A stretch of DNA of 64,000 nt from an uncultured Parachlamydiaceae bacterium (GTDB taxonomy: Bacteria; Chlamydiota; Chlamydiia; Chlamydiales; Parachlamydiaceae). Below the pieces are notes generated by a model, which was given only the letters and a program-made list of their open reading frames with translations, had not been told where the DNA came from and made no database searches. Numbering within the stretch: the stretch's first letter is position 1; each line of letters begins with the position of its first letter. Position numbers and translations under genes: made by a program. Of this stretch, positions 20,777 to 30,274 are shown one piece after another. Where the stretch lies: positions 96,001-160,000 of the forward strand of contig CAVVXH010000010.1 in the NCBI GenBank assembly GCA_963752155.1. Direction: 5' to 3'.

Positions 20777-21412
20777 TCAGACTCCTGTATGGGGGGTTAG
20801 CATAGCATAAATTTTGGCTACATTTGACCTGAGCTCTTCGATCGATCCACTATTATGGATGACATAAGTTGCTTTGGCGGCCATTTCATCAGCGTTAAGT
20901 TGTCTTTTCTTCCGCTGTTCATAGTCATTTTTATTGCTAAGATTTTTTGTTTTTTCATATCTTTGTTTGCATAGCTTTTCATCTGCTATGACAGCAATTG
21001 TCTCTTGGTAATCTTTGTCCATACCTGCTTCAAATAAGAGAGGAATCTCTGCCACAAATAAACAAACAGTTTTATTGCAGCCTTGATATTCTCTTTCAAT
21101 TTCATGGCGAACTTGAGGATGAATTAACTGTTCTAGGGCCTGTAATTGTACTGGGTTTTGGAAGACCTTTTTTGCAATTTTAGCACGATCAATTTGACCT
21201 TCAGAAAGAATCTCAATACCTAAAAGATCAATCACTTTTTGGCCGATTTCCGTTTCAGCCATCAGAAGGCGATGAACAATCTCATCGGCACTTATAACAT
21301 AAGCACCGAATTCTTTAAGGAGTTGGCAAACGGTAGATTTACCAGATGAAAGGGGGCCTGTGACAGCTATCTTTCTCATTTCCATTCTAACATTCTTTCC
21401 AATTTTTGCCAA
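20777..21412 (-). CDS. coaE: Dephospho-CoA kinase (true start probably 21385 or 21379)
   Basis: TGPLSSGKST, ADEIVH, IDR, HP.V and EIPLLFE motifs. Confidence 0.93.
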   Translation of the reverse strand: MAKIGKNVRMEMRKIAVTGPLSSGKSTVCQLLKEFGAYVISADEIVHRLLMAETEIGQKVIDLLGIEILSEGQIDRAKIAKKVFQNPVQLQALEQLIHPQVRHEIEREYQGCNKTVCLFVAEIPLLFEAGMDKDYQETIAVIADEKLCKQRYEKTKNLSNKNDYEQRKKRQLNADEMAAKATYVIHNSGSIEELRSNVAKIYAMLTPHTGV

Positions 21413-24088
21413 CCATCACATCTACAATCAGTGGAACTTTAAGCTGAACAACCTCTTCCATAGATCTACGAACAATTTTTTGGACTTTATCAAGTTCAGC
21501 ATCCGGAATTTCAAAAATCAATTCATCGTGAATTTGAAGCACCATCCCCGCTTGTTGAGGGGGACTAAGGGGTCGTAAAGGAAAGGGTAACTCAACAGCA
21601 ATTTTAAGCATAGCCATTTTAATGAGATCAGCTGCAGTACCCTGTAGAGGAGTGTTCACTGCTAAGCGCTCAGCAGCTGTACGCAGATGGATATTTTTGC
21701 TTAAAATTTCTGGAATTTGTCGCTCCCGCCCTGTTAAAGTGACTGTTTTTCCGGTTGTGCGAGCAAGTTCCTTACATCCTTCAACAAAATCTTTGACCCG
21801 TGGATAGCGTTTAAAGTACATTTCAATAAATTCAGCTGCAGTTTTAACGTCGATATTAAGTTCCTGAGAAAGCCCAAATGCTTGTTGACCATAGATGATT
21901 CCAAAATTAACAGCCTTAGCATTTTGGCGCAACTCTTTGGTTACTTGGGGTAGAGGGACATTGAAAATAATACTCGCTGTAAAGGCATGAATATCTTCAT
22001 CATTTTGAAAAGCTTTTAGAAGATTTGGATCTTCGCTGAAGTGAGCCAAGAGGCGCAATTCAATTTGGGAATAATCTGCTGCTAGGTAACTCCAATGAGG
22101 ATGTTGCGGGCAAAAAGCTTGCCGAATTTGACTTCCTAAACGAGTGCGGACAGGAATATTTTGTAAATTAGGATCCTGACAGCTTAAGCGTCCTGTGGCA
22201 GCAATCGATTGATTAAAAGTGCAGTGAATGCGTCCAGATTTAGGGATGATCTCTAAAGGGAGAGTTTCGACGTAGGTAGAACGCAATTTTTCCAAACCCC
22301 TATATTCTAAAAGCTTACTGGCAATAGGATATTTTTGTTGGAGAGTTTCTAAAGCTTCTGAGTCTAGACGCATTTGGCCGGTGGGAGTCTTTTTACCCGG
22401 AAGATATCTTTAGTTTTTCAAAAATGGCAATCCATTGCTTAGGTGAATTGAGATTAAACTCTTCACCAGCCAATACGAAAATGGCTTCGCGCAGTTCGGA
22501 AATTTGATGATTGATGTCTAAAGATAACGTTTTAAGAAAATTAACATCAAGGAATAGCCCATAACGCTCCATGGAGGCTAAAACCCTCGTAAGAGGAAGT
22601 TCAAGTTCATAGAAAAGTTTCGTGAAATTTCGTTCTTCAATTTGCTTTTCTAGGAGAAGTTTGAGGCGGACCGTATAGTCGACATCTTCACAACAATAGT
22701 CGCTGATTTTAGCCGGTTCTATGGCTTCGATGCTTTGGCTATTTTTACCTTTGCCAAGCAAAGAGCTGAGTTCAACTTTAACCTTGTTAAAATGTTCGAA
22801 GATGAGAGCATCCAAAGAATGTTGTCTGCTGTGCGAGTCTAGTAAGTAGGAGGCTAAAAGAGTGTCGAAACCGATAGTTGCAATATCAATGTCGTAGTGA
22901 GCCAGAACTTGCATGTGGGATTTGATATTGTGACCATAGCAAGCAATCTCTTTATCTTCTAGAAGCGGCTTGATGCCTTGTAGAACCTTATTGAGGCCTA
23001 GAGATCCATTTACAGGGATATACCAAGCCATGGCTGGGTGAGCAGCAATAGCTATTCCAACGAGCTCTGCTTTTAGAGGGAGAGGATTTGTTGTTTTAAG
23101 GTCTATGCACAAGCTTTTTTCTTGGGACATCTCACGGATCAGCTTGATCAAAGCTCTCTTCATCATCAATTAAATGGTATTTAGGTGTTAGAGTTTCGAT
23201 CAAAGTGTGTTTTGAAGTGGGCAATGCAGAAATTTGTGGTTCCAGTTCTTTTAACAGGGATTTAAAGTTCATTTCTCTATAAAATTCTTGGAGTTCCGAA
23301 TGTTTAGGTGTCGCTAAAGCAAAAAAGTGATTGTCTATGGGGATTTTTACAGAAGTATCTAGGGTGACGAGTTTTTTACTAAGCCTAGCCAAGTCTCCTT
23401 GGAGAATGATTGTTTCTTTTTTTTTGGCTTCTGTGATGGCTGCAGGATTATCTAAGATTGCTTCGAGGCTTCCGAACTGTAGGAGGAGTTTAGCTGCTGT
23501 CTTTGGGCCAAAGCCCGGTAAGCCCGGAACATTATCGGAGGCATCGCCGACAATGGCTAAATAATCTACAATTAGCCTTGGAGGAACACCATGAATTTCT
23601 TCAACTTGCTTGGGTCCAATGATAAGATTGTCTTTGTTTGTGTTAAGAATGGAAATGTTGTCATTGACAAGTTGACAGAGATCTTTATCACTTGAGCATA
23701 AATAAACATGAACGCCGAGTTTTTCTGTTTGGAGAGCAATAGCTCCCATAGTATCGTCGGCTTCAACTTCAGGGACGGAAAGAAAGGGGATTCCCATCAG
23801 TGTGCAAAACGTTTTGGCGCGTTCGATTTGATAGCGTAAGTCTTGAGGTGTTTCTTTACGATGGGCTTTGTATGCACTGTAAATTTCTGTACGTTTTTTG
23901 GCATTATTGGGTCCATCAAAAACGGCTATTAAATGATTCGGATTAAAGTCTTTTCGAAGTTTTGCAATAGAGCGAATGAAACCGAAAAGAGCATTGGTGG
24001 ATTCACCTTTAGCGTTTGTCATGTTTTTAATGGCAAAATAAGAGCTGTAGAGGAAGCCTGAAGCGTCTACGACAAAAAGATTCTCCAT
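21387..24088 (-). CDS. polA: DNA polymerase I, split into three ORFs by two apparent +1 frameshifts (~23150 and ~22398)
   Basis: 5'-3' exonuclease (EADD, DKD, GDASDNVPG) in 23132-24088, 3'-5' exo-like domain in 22393-23169, and polymerase motifs (TGRLSCQDPNLQNIP, DYSQIELR, AKAVNFGIIYG, QIHDEL) in 21387-22373. Confidence 0.93.
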
Positions 24089-24123
24089 GGAAAGTCACTG
24101 GTTAGGTTGTAAAAGATGATCAT

Positions 24124-24187
24124 TTGTAAAGATGTTTAATTGTGGGGGATGCAGTCATGTTCGCTGATCGGTCATTTTTTGTCAAGA
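24124..24187 (-). promoter_or_regulatory. 64-bp direct repeat copy 1 (promoter-like, upstream of polA)
   Basis: Closely matches 25811-25874. Reads TCTTGACAAAAAAT... on the minus strand. Confidence 0.75.
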
Positions 24188-25747
24188 TCCGAAATGTTCT
24201 ATTTCTACCTCCCACTCGTCAATTGTTCGAGTGTGGCCATTAAAATTGATGCCTACTAAATATATTGGATTTCTTTGGTCTTGAAATATTTGGTAGTATT
24301 TTTTTTTAATGATTTGATCGATAGCAGCTTTTGCGTTGCTATCTAATTTAAATTCAAAAATGATGATTTTATCTTTTAATTCTAATGTTGCATCAACTCG
24401 ACCCTGTTGTGTGTGAACTTCAGCATTAATTTGAAATCCAGCCAGTTTGATGATAAGATAGAAAAGGCTATGAAAATGCTTTTCTTGCCTAACATATAGA
24501 TCATAGGGGATTAAAGCTAATAGTTTTTGAATGATTTCAAAAAATTCAGAATAATTCCAGGGACTTTTATACAGGTTTTCTGCAATTTCTACTAAAGATT
24601 TGCTGCATTCAACCTTAGATGTTGCAAAAGTCGTTAATAAACTTTCTGAAAACGCTTGGCTCACTTCTCGATTGGGAAATCCAAGGCTGATGGCATTAAT
24701 ATGCGATAACACTGATTTGATTGTTAAGTAGCCTGTTTGATACAGCAAGGGTAAAGTGGGAAGCTCTTCGAGATCAAAGGAGCTGAAACTCTGGACGCTG
24801 ACATTTAATTGTTCTAAATTTGATAAATCGAAATGTCTTTTTTTGAGCAGATCAATCAAAAATGCTGGAGTTCCTGTTTCAAACCAGTGAGCAGAAAAAT
24901 CTTTCGAATCTAGAAGTTTTAAGGTCGAGAAAGGATTGTAGACTAATTTTCCATTTTTGGAAAATCGATAACCATTGTACCATTCTTTGATTTTATCATA
25001 GCAATCTTCCATTGACAGCTCATTCACAGTCGCTACTTCCTGAATTTCATTTGAGAAAAAGTGTTCTAATTCTTCTCGAGTGTATCCTAGCAAGGTACTG
25101 TAATCATTTGACATTGTTAAGTCATTTAAATTATTAAGTCCGGAAAATACAGAAACCTTTGAAAATTTAGTAACACCAGTTAGAAAGACAAATCTTAGGT
25201 TTTCATCTTGTGCTTTCAAGATGGTATAAAATTCACGCAAAATTTGTCGATTTTTTTTTGCAATTTCTAAATCATCAATATTATCGAGAAGAGGTTTGTC
25301 ATATTCGTCGATTAAAACAACTACTTTTTGTTTCATTGCTAATTGCTTTATGAGATTTTCAAGACAATTGGCTGCGGAGACTCCTTTCAGAGTGACATGA
25401 TATGTTAAAGCTATTTCATTAAGGACTCTAATTAGATCAGTTTCAAGTTCCTCAGATGTTCGATTATTGACAGTTGACATATCCAAACGAATAATAGGAT
25501 GGATCTCCCAATTCCAATCACTATTTTCTATCCATAAGTCTTTAAATAAATCACGTCTCCCTAAAAATAGAAAATATAAAGTGGAAATGAGCAAAGATTT
25601 TCCAAATCGACGTGGCCTTGAAATAAAATAAGGGTCATATCGACTCGCGAGTTGATAAATTAACTCAGTTTTATCCACATAGGTAAGTTTGTTAACAATG
25701 ATTTTTTCAAAGTCTTGGATCCCTATTGGCAACTTGGCTTTTATCAT
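24182..25747 (-). CDS. AAA-ATPase-like protein with C-terminal PD-(D/E)XK nuclease domain
   Basis: LPIGIQDF, YVDKT, RPRRFGKSL, LIDEYDKP, TGVTKFSKVSVFSGLNN, WYNGY, YNPFS and GRVD...FEFK motifs. Confidence 0.9.
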   Translation of the reverse strand: MIKAKLPIGIQDFEKIIVNKLTYVDKTELIYQLASRYDPYFISRPRRFGKSLLISTLYFLFLGRRDLFKDLWIENSDWNWEIHPIIRLDMSTVNNRTSEELETDLIRVLNEIALTYHVTLKGVSAANCLENLIKQLAMKQKVVVLIDEYDKPLLDNIDDLEIAKKNRQILREFYTILKAQDENLRFVFLTGVTKFSKVSVFSGLNNLNDLTMSNDYSTLLGYTREELEHFFSNEIQEVATVNELSMEDCYDKIKEWYNGYRFSKNGKLVYNPFSTLKLLDSKDFSAHWFETGTPAFLIDLLKKRHFDLSNLEQLNVSVQSFSSFDLEELPTLPLLYQTGYLTIKSVLSHINAISLGFPNREVSQAFSESLLTTFATSKVECSKSLVEIAENLYKSPWNYSEFFEIIQKLLALIPYDLYVRQEKHFHSLFYLIIKLAGFQINAEVHTQQGRVDATLELKDKIIIFEFKLDSNAKAAIDQIIKKKYYQIFQDQRNPIYLVGINFNGHTRTIDEWEVEIEHFGS

Positions 25748-25810
25748 AGTTTTAATGAGGTTTTTTTTATTTGTGTTGAGAATGAGATGTTGTCATTGAC
25801 AAATGGTTGC

Positions 25811-25874
25811 TTGTAAAGATGTTTAATTGTGGGGGACGTACTCATATTCGCTGATAAGTTATTTTTTGTCAAGA
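25811..25874 (-). promoter_or_regulatory. 64-bp direct repeat copy 2 (promoter-like, upstream of AAA/PD-(D/E)XK gene)
   Basis: TTGTAAAGATGTTTAATTGTGGGGGA...TTTTTTGTCAAGA is shared with 24124-24187. Confidence 0.75.
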
Positions 25875-25880
25875 GCCAAT

Positions 25881-26043
25881 TATACCAGGCGCGGCCATAG
25901 ATTGTGTTTTTTTGCGCGTCAAAGCTCCCGGGGTTGAACGATCCAAAATGACCCCATATTGCAATATTGGGTCATTTTTGATCGTTCAACCACGGGGCTT
26001 TGACGCAGCAAAAAAATACAATCTATGGCCGCGCCTTGGTATA
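25881..26043. repeat. 163-bp palindromic element (MITE/RPE-like) with TATACCA...TGGTATA ends
   Basis: Near-perfect hairpin centred on ATATTGCAATAT. AGAGCCAA occurs on both sides. Confidence 0.85.
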
Positions 26044-26054
26044 GAGCCAAAATT

Positions 26055-26098
26055 CCGTATTTTCTACGGTGAAATTAAAATACGTTTGATGCTATAAT
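26055..26098 (+). promoter_or_regulatory. CCGTA-N5-TACGG box plus TATAAT upstream of the SDR gene
   Basis: CCGTATTTTCTACGG at 26055-26069 and TGC-TATAAT at 26090-26098. The box recurs at 27867. Confidence 0.6.
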
Positions 26099-26133
26099 TA
26101 ATCTTAAAAGTCAATAAAAAGAGGAAATTAGTT

Positions 26134-27024
26134 ATGATTATTGAAAATAATGCAGTCGTACTTATTACAGGAGCCACAGCCGGAATAGGTTTAGCGACAG
26201 CAGCATATCTTGCTGGGCGAGGATTTAAAGTATTTGGGACCTATCGTAGCAGTTCTAACATAGATGATTTAGATCAGGTAATCGCTAAAAGTCATGGCAT
26301 GCTGGAAAAAGTTATGATGGATGTTACTGATGAGCATGGTGTTCGAGAAGCTGTAAAGCAGATCCTCCTACGACACAAAAAAATTGATATAGTCATCAAT
26401 AATGCTGCTTATGCAATGGTTGGGACTATTGAGTCATGTACGCTTGAGCAGCAGATGCAGCTTTTTAATACCAACGTGTTTGGAGTTGCTCGTGTAATTC
26501 AAGCTGTTCTTCCTCATTTTAGAGAGCAAGGAAAAGGACAGATTATCAACATTGGAAGCGTTGTGGGTGTGACACCATTTCCGGCTCTTGAAGTTTACTC
26601 TGCTTCAAAGTTTGCTTTAGAAGGTTATACTGAATCAATGGCTGTATCTTTATCACCTTTTAATATTAAGGTAAGCATTATTGAACCTGGTGGGGTAAAA
26701 ACTCAAGCTGCAACTCACCATACTCCCACTGGAGCTGCCGATCTCGGACCTGAAAATCCATACCTTGGATATCATGAAAAAGCAAACGAAACGTCTATTA
26801 AAAATCTTGCAAAGGGTAGGGAACCTGAAGAACTGGCTCAGTATATTCATGAGATTATTATGGAAGAAAAACCTAAATTGCGTTATCAGTTTACTGAATT
26901 CGCCATAAAGCAGGCAGAGTCTAGATTTAAAGATACAACAGGAAGTCTAAGCGTAGAAAAACAAATCCAAATCTTTACGGAAACAGGATTTTTTACAGGG
27001 ATGTCAGGAAAAACTAAAATTTAG
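26134..27024 (+). CDS. Short-chain dehydrogenase/reductase (classical SDR)
   Basis: TGATAGIG, NNA, catalytic YSASK and IEPG motifs. Confidence 0.93.
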   Translation: MIIENNAVVLITGATAGIGLATAAYLAGRGFKVFGTYRSSSNIDDLDQVIAKSHGMLEKVMMDVTDEHGVREAVKQILLRHKKIDIVINNAAYAMVGTIESCTLEQQMQLFNTNVFGVARVIQAVLPHFREQGKGQIINIGSVVGVTPFPALEVYSASKFALEGYTESMAVSLSPFNIKVSIIEPGGVKTQAATHHTPTGAADLGPENPYLGYHEKANETSIKNLAKGREPEELAQYIHEIIMEEKPKLRYQFTEFAIKQAESRFKDTTGSLSVEKQIQIFTETGFFTGMSGKTKI

Positions 27025-27032
27025 GTAATTGT

Positions 27033-27860
27033 ATGAGGTCAATTTGCGATTCAGTTTCATATGTCTCTAGGCACTACAAACATGCTATTGCCAAATTGAC
27101 CGATCCGTTAAAAAAATTTATGCAAATCAACGCGTTTTGGCAATATTCAATTACTAAAGATGGGCATTTTTCTATTATTAGTAATCAGCCAGAGATGGTG
27201 GAATTTTTTTGGGATCAGAAACTTTATTTAGGACATCCTCTTTTACGAAAGTCTGGTTTTTATCCTAATGGATATTATTTTCCTCATTTAAAACCCACTC
27301 CAGAATATCAGCGCACTCAAGGCAAGATGCGAGAAAAACAATTTTTGGATCAACTGGTTATTATTTTTCGCCAAGGTAAAAGTGAATTATCTGCTTATTG
27401 TTTTGCCCCTACATTAGAAGTTGATGTAACAAATGAACTGATCAATAATTTGCATTTATTAAATCGCTATGTAGATTATTTTGATAAAGAAGCAGCTGGA
27501 ATGGCAAAGAAATCTCTAGAGTTCTCTGTTGATCTTGGAGTTATAGCAAAAGAATATTTCAATAAGTCCCCGGAGATTGCAGATCAAATGCTATTTCAAC
27601 GTGATGAAAGCAAATTTCTACTTTCCCTTGAAACAGATCCTCAAAAAGCTAAAATGATTAGTTCATTAACTGAACGGGAAAAATCATGTATATACTGGCT
27701 TTTAAAAGGAAGATCTGCCAGTGAAACAGCGAAAAAGCTTTTTCTTTCGCCTCGAACAGTCGAATCTTATCTTGAAAACATCAAAAATAAATGTGGTATC
27801 AGCAAGAAGTCTGATCTTTTTGATTATTTTGTTGATTATATCTTCCACTTTAAGTCATGA
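27033..27860 (+). CDS. LuxR-type HTH transcriptional regulator
   Basis: C-terminal LTEREKSCIYWLLKGRSASETAKKLFLSPRTVESYLENIKNK. Unassigned N-terminal sensor domain. Confidence 0.88.
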   Translation: MRSICDSVSYVSRHYKHAIAKLTDPLKKFMQINAFWQYSITKDGHFSIISNQPEMVEFFWDQKLYLGHPLLRKSGFYPNGYYFPHLKPTPEYQRTQGKMREKQFLDQLVIIFRQGKSELSAYCFAPTLEVDVTNELINNLHLLNRYVDYFDKEAAGMAKKSLEFSVDLGVIAKEYFNKSPEIADQMLFQRDESKFLLSLETDPQKAKMISSLTEREKSCIYWLLKGRSASETAKKLFLSPRTVESYLENIKNKCGISKKSDLFDYFVDYIFHFKS

Positions 27861-27866
27861 AATTTT

Positions 27867-27911
27867 CCGTATTATCTACGGTAAAAATGAATAACTATTT
27901 TGATTTATTAT
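27867..27911 (+). promoter_or_regulatory. CCGTA-N5-TACGG box plus TATTAT upstream of the 2OG oxygenase gene
   Basis: CCGTATTATCTACGG at 27867-27881 and TATTAT at 27906-27911. Confidence 0.55.
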
Positions 27912-27936
27912 TACATATATAACTTCTTACTCAATT

Positions 27937-28851
27937 GTGAGTAAATTAGTCAACAGAAAAAATGATGAGGTAAATATGAATAATTTGGAATTAGTAAGAC
28001 ATGATTGTTCTCAACAACATCTTGAGTCAATTTCTCAAGAAGAGTTAATAAATGAGGAGGATATATTACGTAATAAATTGATGAAAGCTGCACGACAAGG
28101 GTTCTTCTATTTGAAAATGCCAGAAGATTGTGCGGAATTAATTCCGGCAGCGATGGAATTTGGAAATAAATTTTATCTAAGTCAAGCGATTATCAATCGT
28201 CCACATATCGGCTGGACGGGTTACAATAAAAATGAAAATCAACAAAGAGAAGCTCTTTTTGTAGAGGAATCTGAGTGGAAAAATTGGTATCCAAACGAAG
28301 TCGCCACTCTTGCAATAAGAATGCAGTCCGTTGCATTAATAGTCTTGAAAAATCTTTTAGTTGCTTTAGAAATTCCTGAAGAGAAATGGAGTGTTGCAAC
28401 AGGAGAAGCAATCAATGACAAGGGACTTCGCCATTTTTCATTTAATCATTATCGTTCGACTGAGGATAAAATTGGCTGTCTTCCTCACCGTGATTTTGGT
28501 TTATTAACATTTTTGTATTTTGAAAAGGGGGGGCTTGAAGCTATTATTGATGGAGAATGGGCGCCAGTCTCTCCTAAAAAGGGGTACTTTGTCATTAACA
28601 TCTCTAAAGCTTTGGAGGTGTTTGTCAATAACAAAGAAAAGGTGAATGCTGCTTGGCATCGAGTTGTTAAAGTAAATGAAGACCGCATTTCCTTCGGCCT
28701 TTTTTCTGATGGTGGATTGATGAGTCCAGTTTATAAGCAAGAGAAAGATGGATCTCTTTCTATTGTCTCTCAAACGTATAAAGAGTTTGCAGAAGATAGC
28801 TTCAAAGATTTATTTACTGAGAGTGAACTTGTGTATGCTGAGAAAGCTTAG
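27937..28851 (+). CDS. 2-oxoglutarate/Fe(II)-dependent oxygenase (isopenicillin N synthase-like fold); start may be ATG 27976
   Basis: GFFY, HxD (PHRDFGLLTFL), distal His (WHRV) and RxS (RIS). Confidence 0.88.
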   Translation: MSKLVNRKNDEVNMNNLELVRHDCSQQHLESISQEELINEEDILRNKLMKAARQGFFYLKMPEDCAELIPAAMEFGNKFYLSQAIINRPHIGWTGYNKNENQQREALFVEESEWKNWYPNEVATLAIRMQSVALIVLKNLLVALEIPEEKWSVATGEAINDKGLRHFSFNHYRSTEDKIGCLPHRDFGLLTFLYFEKGGLEAIIDGEWAPVSPKKGYFVINISKALEVFVNNKEKVNAAWHRVVKVNEDRISFGLFSDGGLMSPVYKQEKDGSLSIVSQTYKEFAEDSFKDLFTESELVYAEKA

Positions 28852-28874
28852 GCTAAAGATTGCGTTCTGGGAAT

Positions 28875-29133
28875 AGTCCCGGAGGGCCGACATACAATAG
28901 CCCAGTCTGAGCACAGTCCCGGAGGGCCGACACTACGTGAGAACGTTGAAACTTTAATTTACATTTGATTTTCGATTCATGATAAAATTTTATCTAGTAA
29001 ATTCCAAAGAGTAACGTTCTCACGTAGGGTCGGCCCTCCGGGACTTTCTCGGTGGGGTGACATTACCCAGCCTTCGCTTAGCCCTCCGGGACTGCGCTCA
29101 GACTGGGCTATTGTATATCGGCCCTCCGGGACT
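28875..29133. repeat. REP cluster: five copies of the AGTCCCGGAGGGC core in nested inverted arrangement
   Basis: Two forward copies (28875, 28915) and three reverse copies (ending 29045, 29093, 29133) with extended complementary flanks. Lies between convergent genes. Confidence 0.85.
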
Positions 29134-29211
29134 TGTTTTACTAAAATAGGTCATCATTCCATCTTTCTGATCAAAAAAAAGATTTTCATTAATAACAATT
29201 GCCCCACAGTT

Positions 29212-30261
29212 TTACTGATAAAGATAAAGGTATTGATTTGCCAATCTAGGATCTAGCACCCCTGGTAATTCGACTTTGAGATGAACAGTTCCAGATAAGA
29301 GATCTAAAGAGGTTTGAGAATTAAAGAGAGATTCAAGCCAGTTTTGATCGTTGAATTTGACGACTTGATATTCATTTTTTTCAATACCAATTTCTTTTGC
29401 AAGCATTTTGAGTGTTTCGCTGTAGCTATAGTTATTCTCGTCGATAAAGCCGATCTCTTTGGCTTTTTCTGCACTAAACATGCGAGCTCCGTAATCTTCA
29501 ACAAGCAATTGTTTATCGATTCCTTTTCGGCTTGTCGTCACGATATTCACAAAGATAGTATAAAAGTAATCAATGAGTTGCTTGTAATTTTCACCTTCAT
29601 TTTTATCCCATGGTCGAAAAGGATTAAGCTCGTCCTTCCCTTTTCCGGCACTTAGGGTTAGGGATTCAACCCCAGCCTTGTTCATCAAAGTTGTGAAGTT
29701 AAATGCAGGAGGAGTCACAACGCCGACACTACCCACTAAACTTGCGTCAGTTGCATAGATTTTATCTGCAGCGCAGGCGATATACATCCCACCTGAAGCA
29801 CATAATCCGTCAATGTGTGCGTAGATAGGAACGTTATAACGTTCTTTGTAAGCTTTAAGAGCTCGATAAATACTATCGGAGTCTGTTACAGTACCTCCTG
29901 GGGAATTGATCGATAAAAGTATTCCTTTAACTCGGTCGTCAGCAAAAGGAGCTTCTCTGGACTCAATGAGTTGTTGTATGATTTGCGAGCGATTTAATTT
30001 TTCAAGCCCGATGACCCCTTCGATGTTAATCTTAAGTATTACCGGGGAAGTTCTTGATAAGGTTTTCCTCACCCCTTGCGCATTGGGCTGAATCTCAGCT
30101 GTCAATGTACGTTTGACTTCTGGAAGCCCCGAAGCCTCTTTATCAAAAAAATATGACATGGTCAATGAGACAATTAGAAGGCCAATTAAGGCTCCAACGA
30201 CGGTTGCCAAAACCATTAAAAAGCGTCGCAATGTGGCTTTGAAAATTGATTCATTCATCAT
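29212..30261 (-). CDS. sohB: S49 family serine peptidase (SppA/SohB)
   Basis: INSPGG, CASGGMYIA, VGSVGV and GKGKD motifs. N-terminal TM segment. Confidence 0.9.
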   Translation of the reverse strand: MMNESIFKATLRRFLMVLATVVGALIGLLIVSLTMSYFFDKEASGLPEVKRTLTAEIQPNAQGVRKTLSRTSPVILKINIEGVIGLEKLNRSQIIQQLIESREAPFADDRVKGILLSINSPGGTVTDSDSIYRALKAYKERYNVPIYAHIDGLCASGGMYIACAADKIYATDASLVGSVGVVTPPAFNFTTLMNKAGVESLTLSAGKGKDELNPFRPWDKNEGENYKQLIDYFYTIFVNIVTTSRKGIDKQLLVEDYGARMFSAEKAKEIGFIDENNYSYSETLKMLAKEIGIEKNEYQVVKFNDQNWLESLFNSQTSLDLLSGTVHLKVELPGVLDPRLANQYLYLYQ

Positions 30262-30274
30262 TTAATTCCTGATT

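Noticed and set aside
22380..23170. Programmed ribosomal frameshifting in polA
   Set aside because: No X-XXY-YYZ slippery heptamer or stimulatory structure is evident, and two +1 events would be needed. Sequencing error or mutation is simpler.
27937..28851. Beta-lactam biosynthesis link between the IPNS-like oxygenase and the penicillin acylase
   Set aside because: The genes are 27 kb apart, no ACV synthetase/NRPS is present, and both families are functionally broad.
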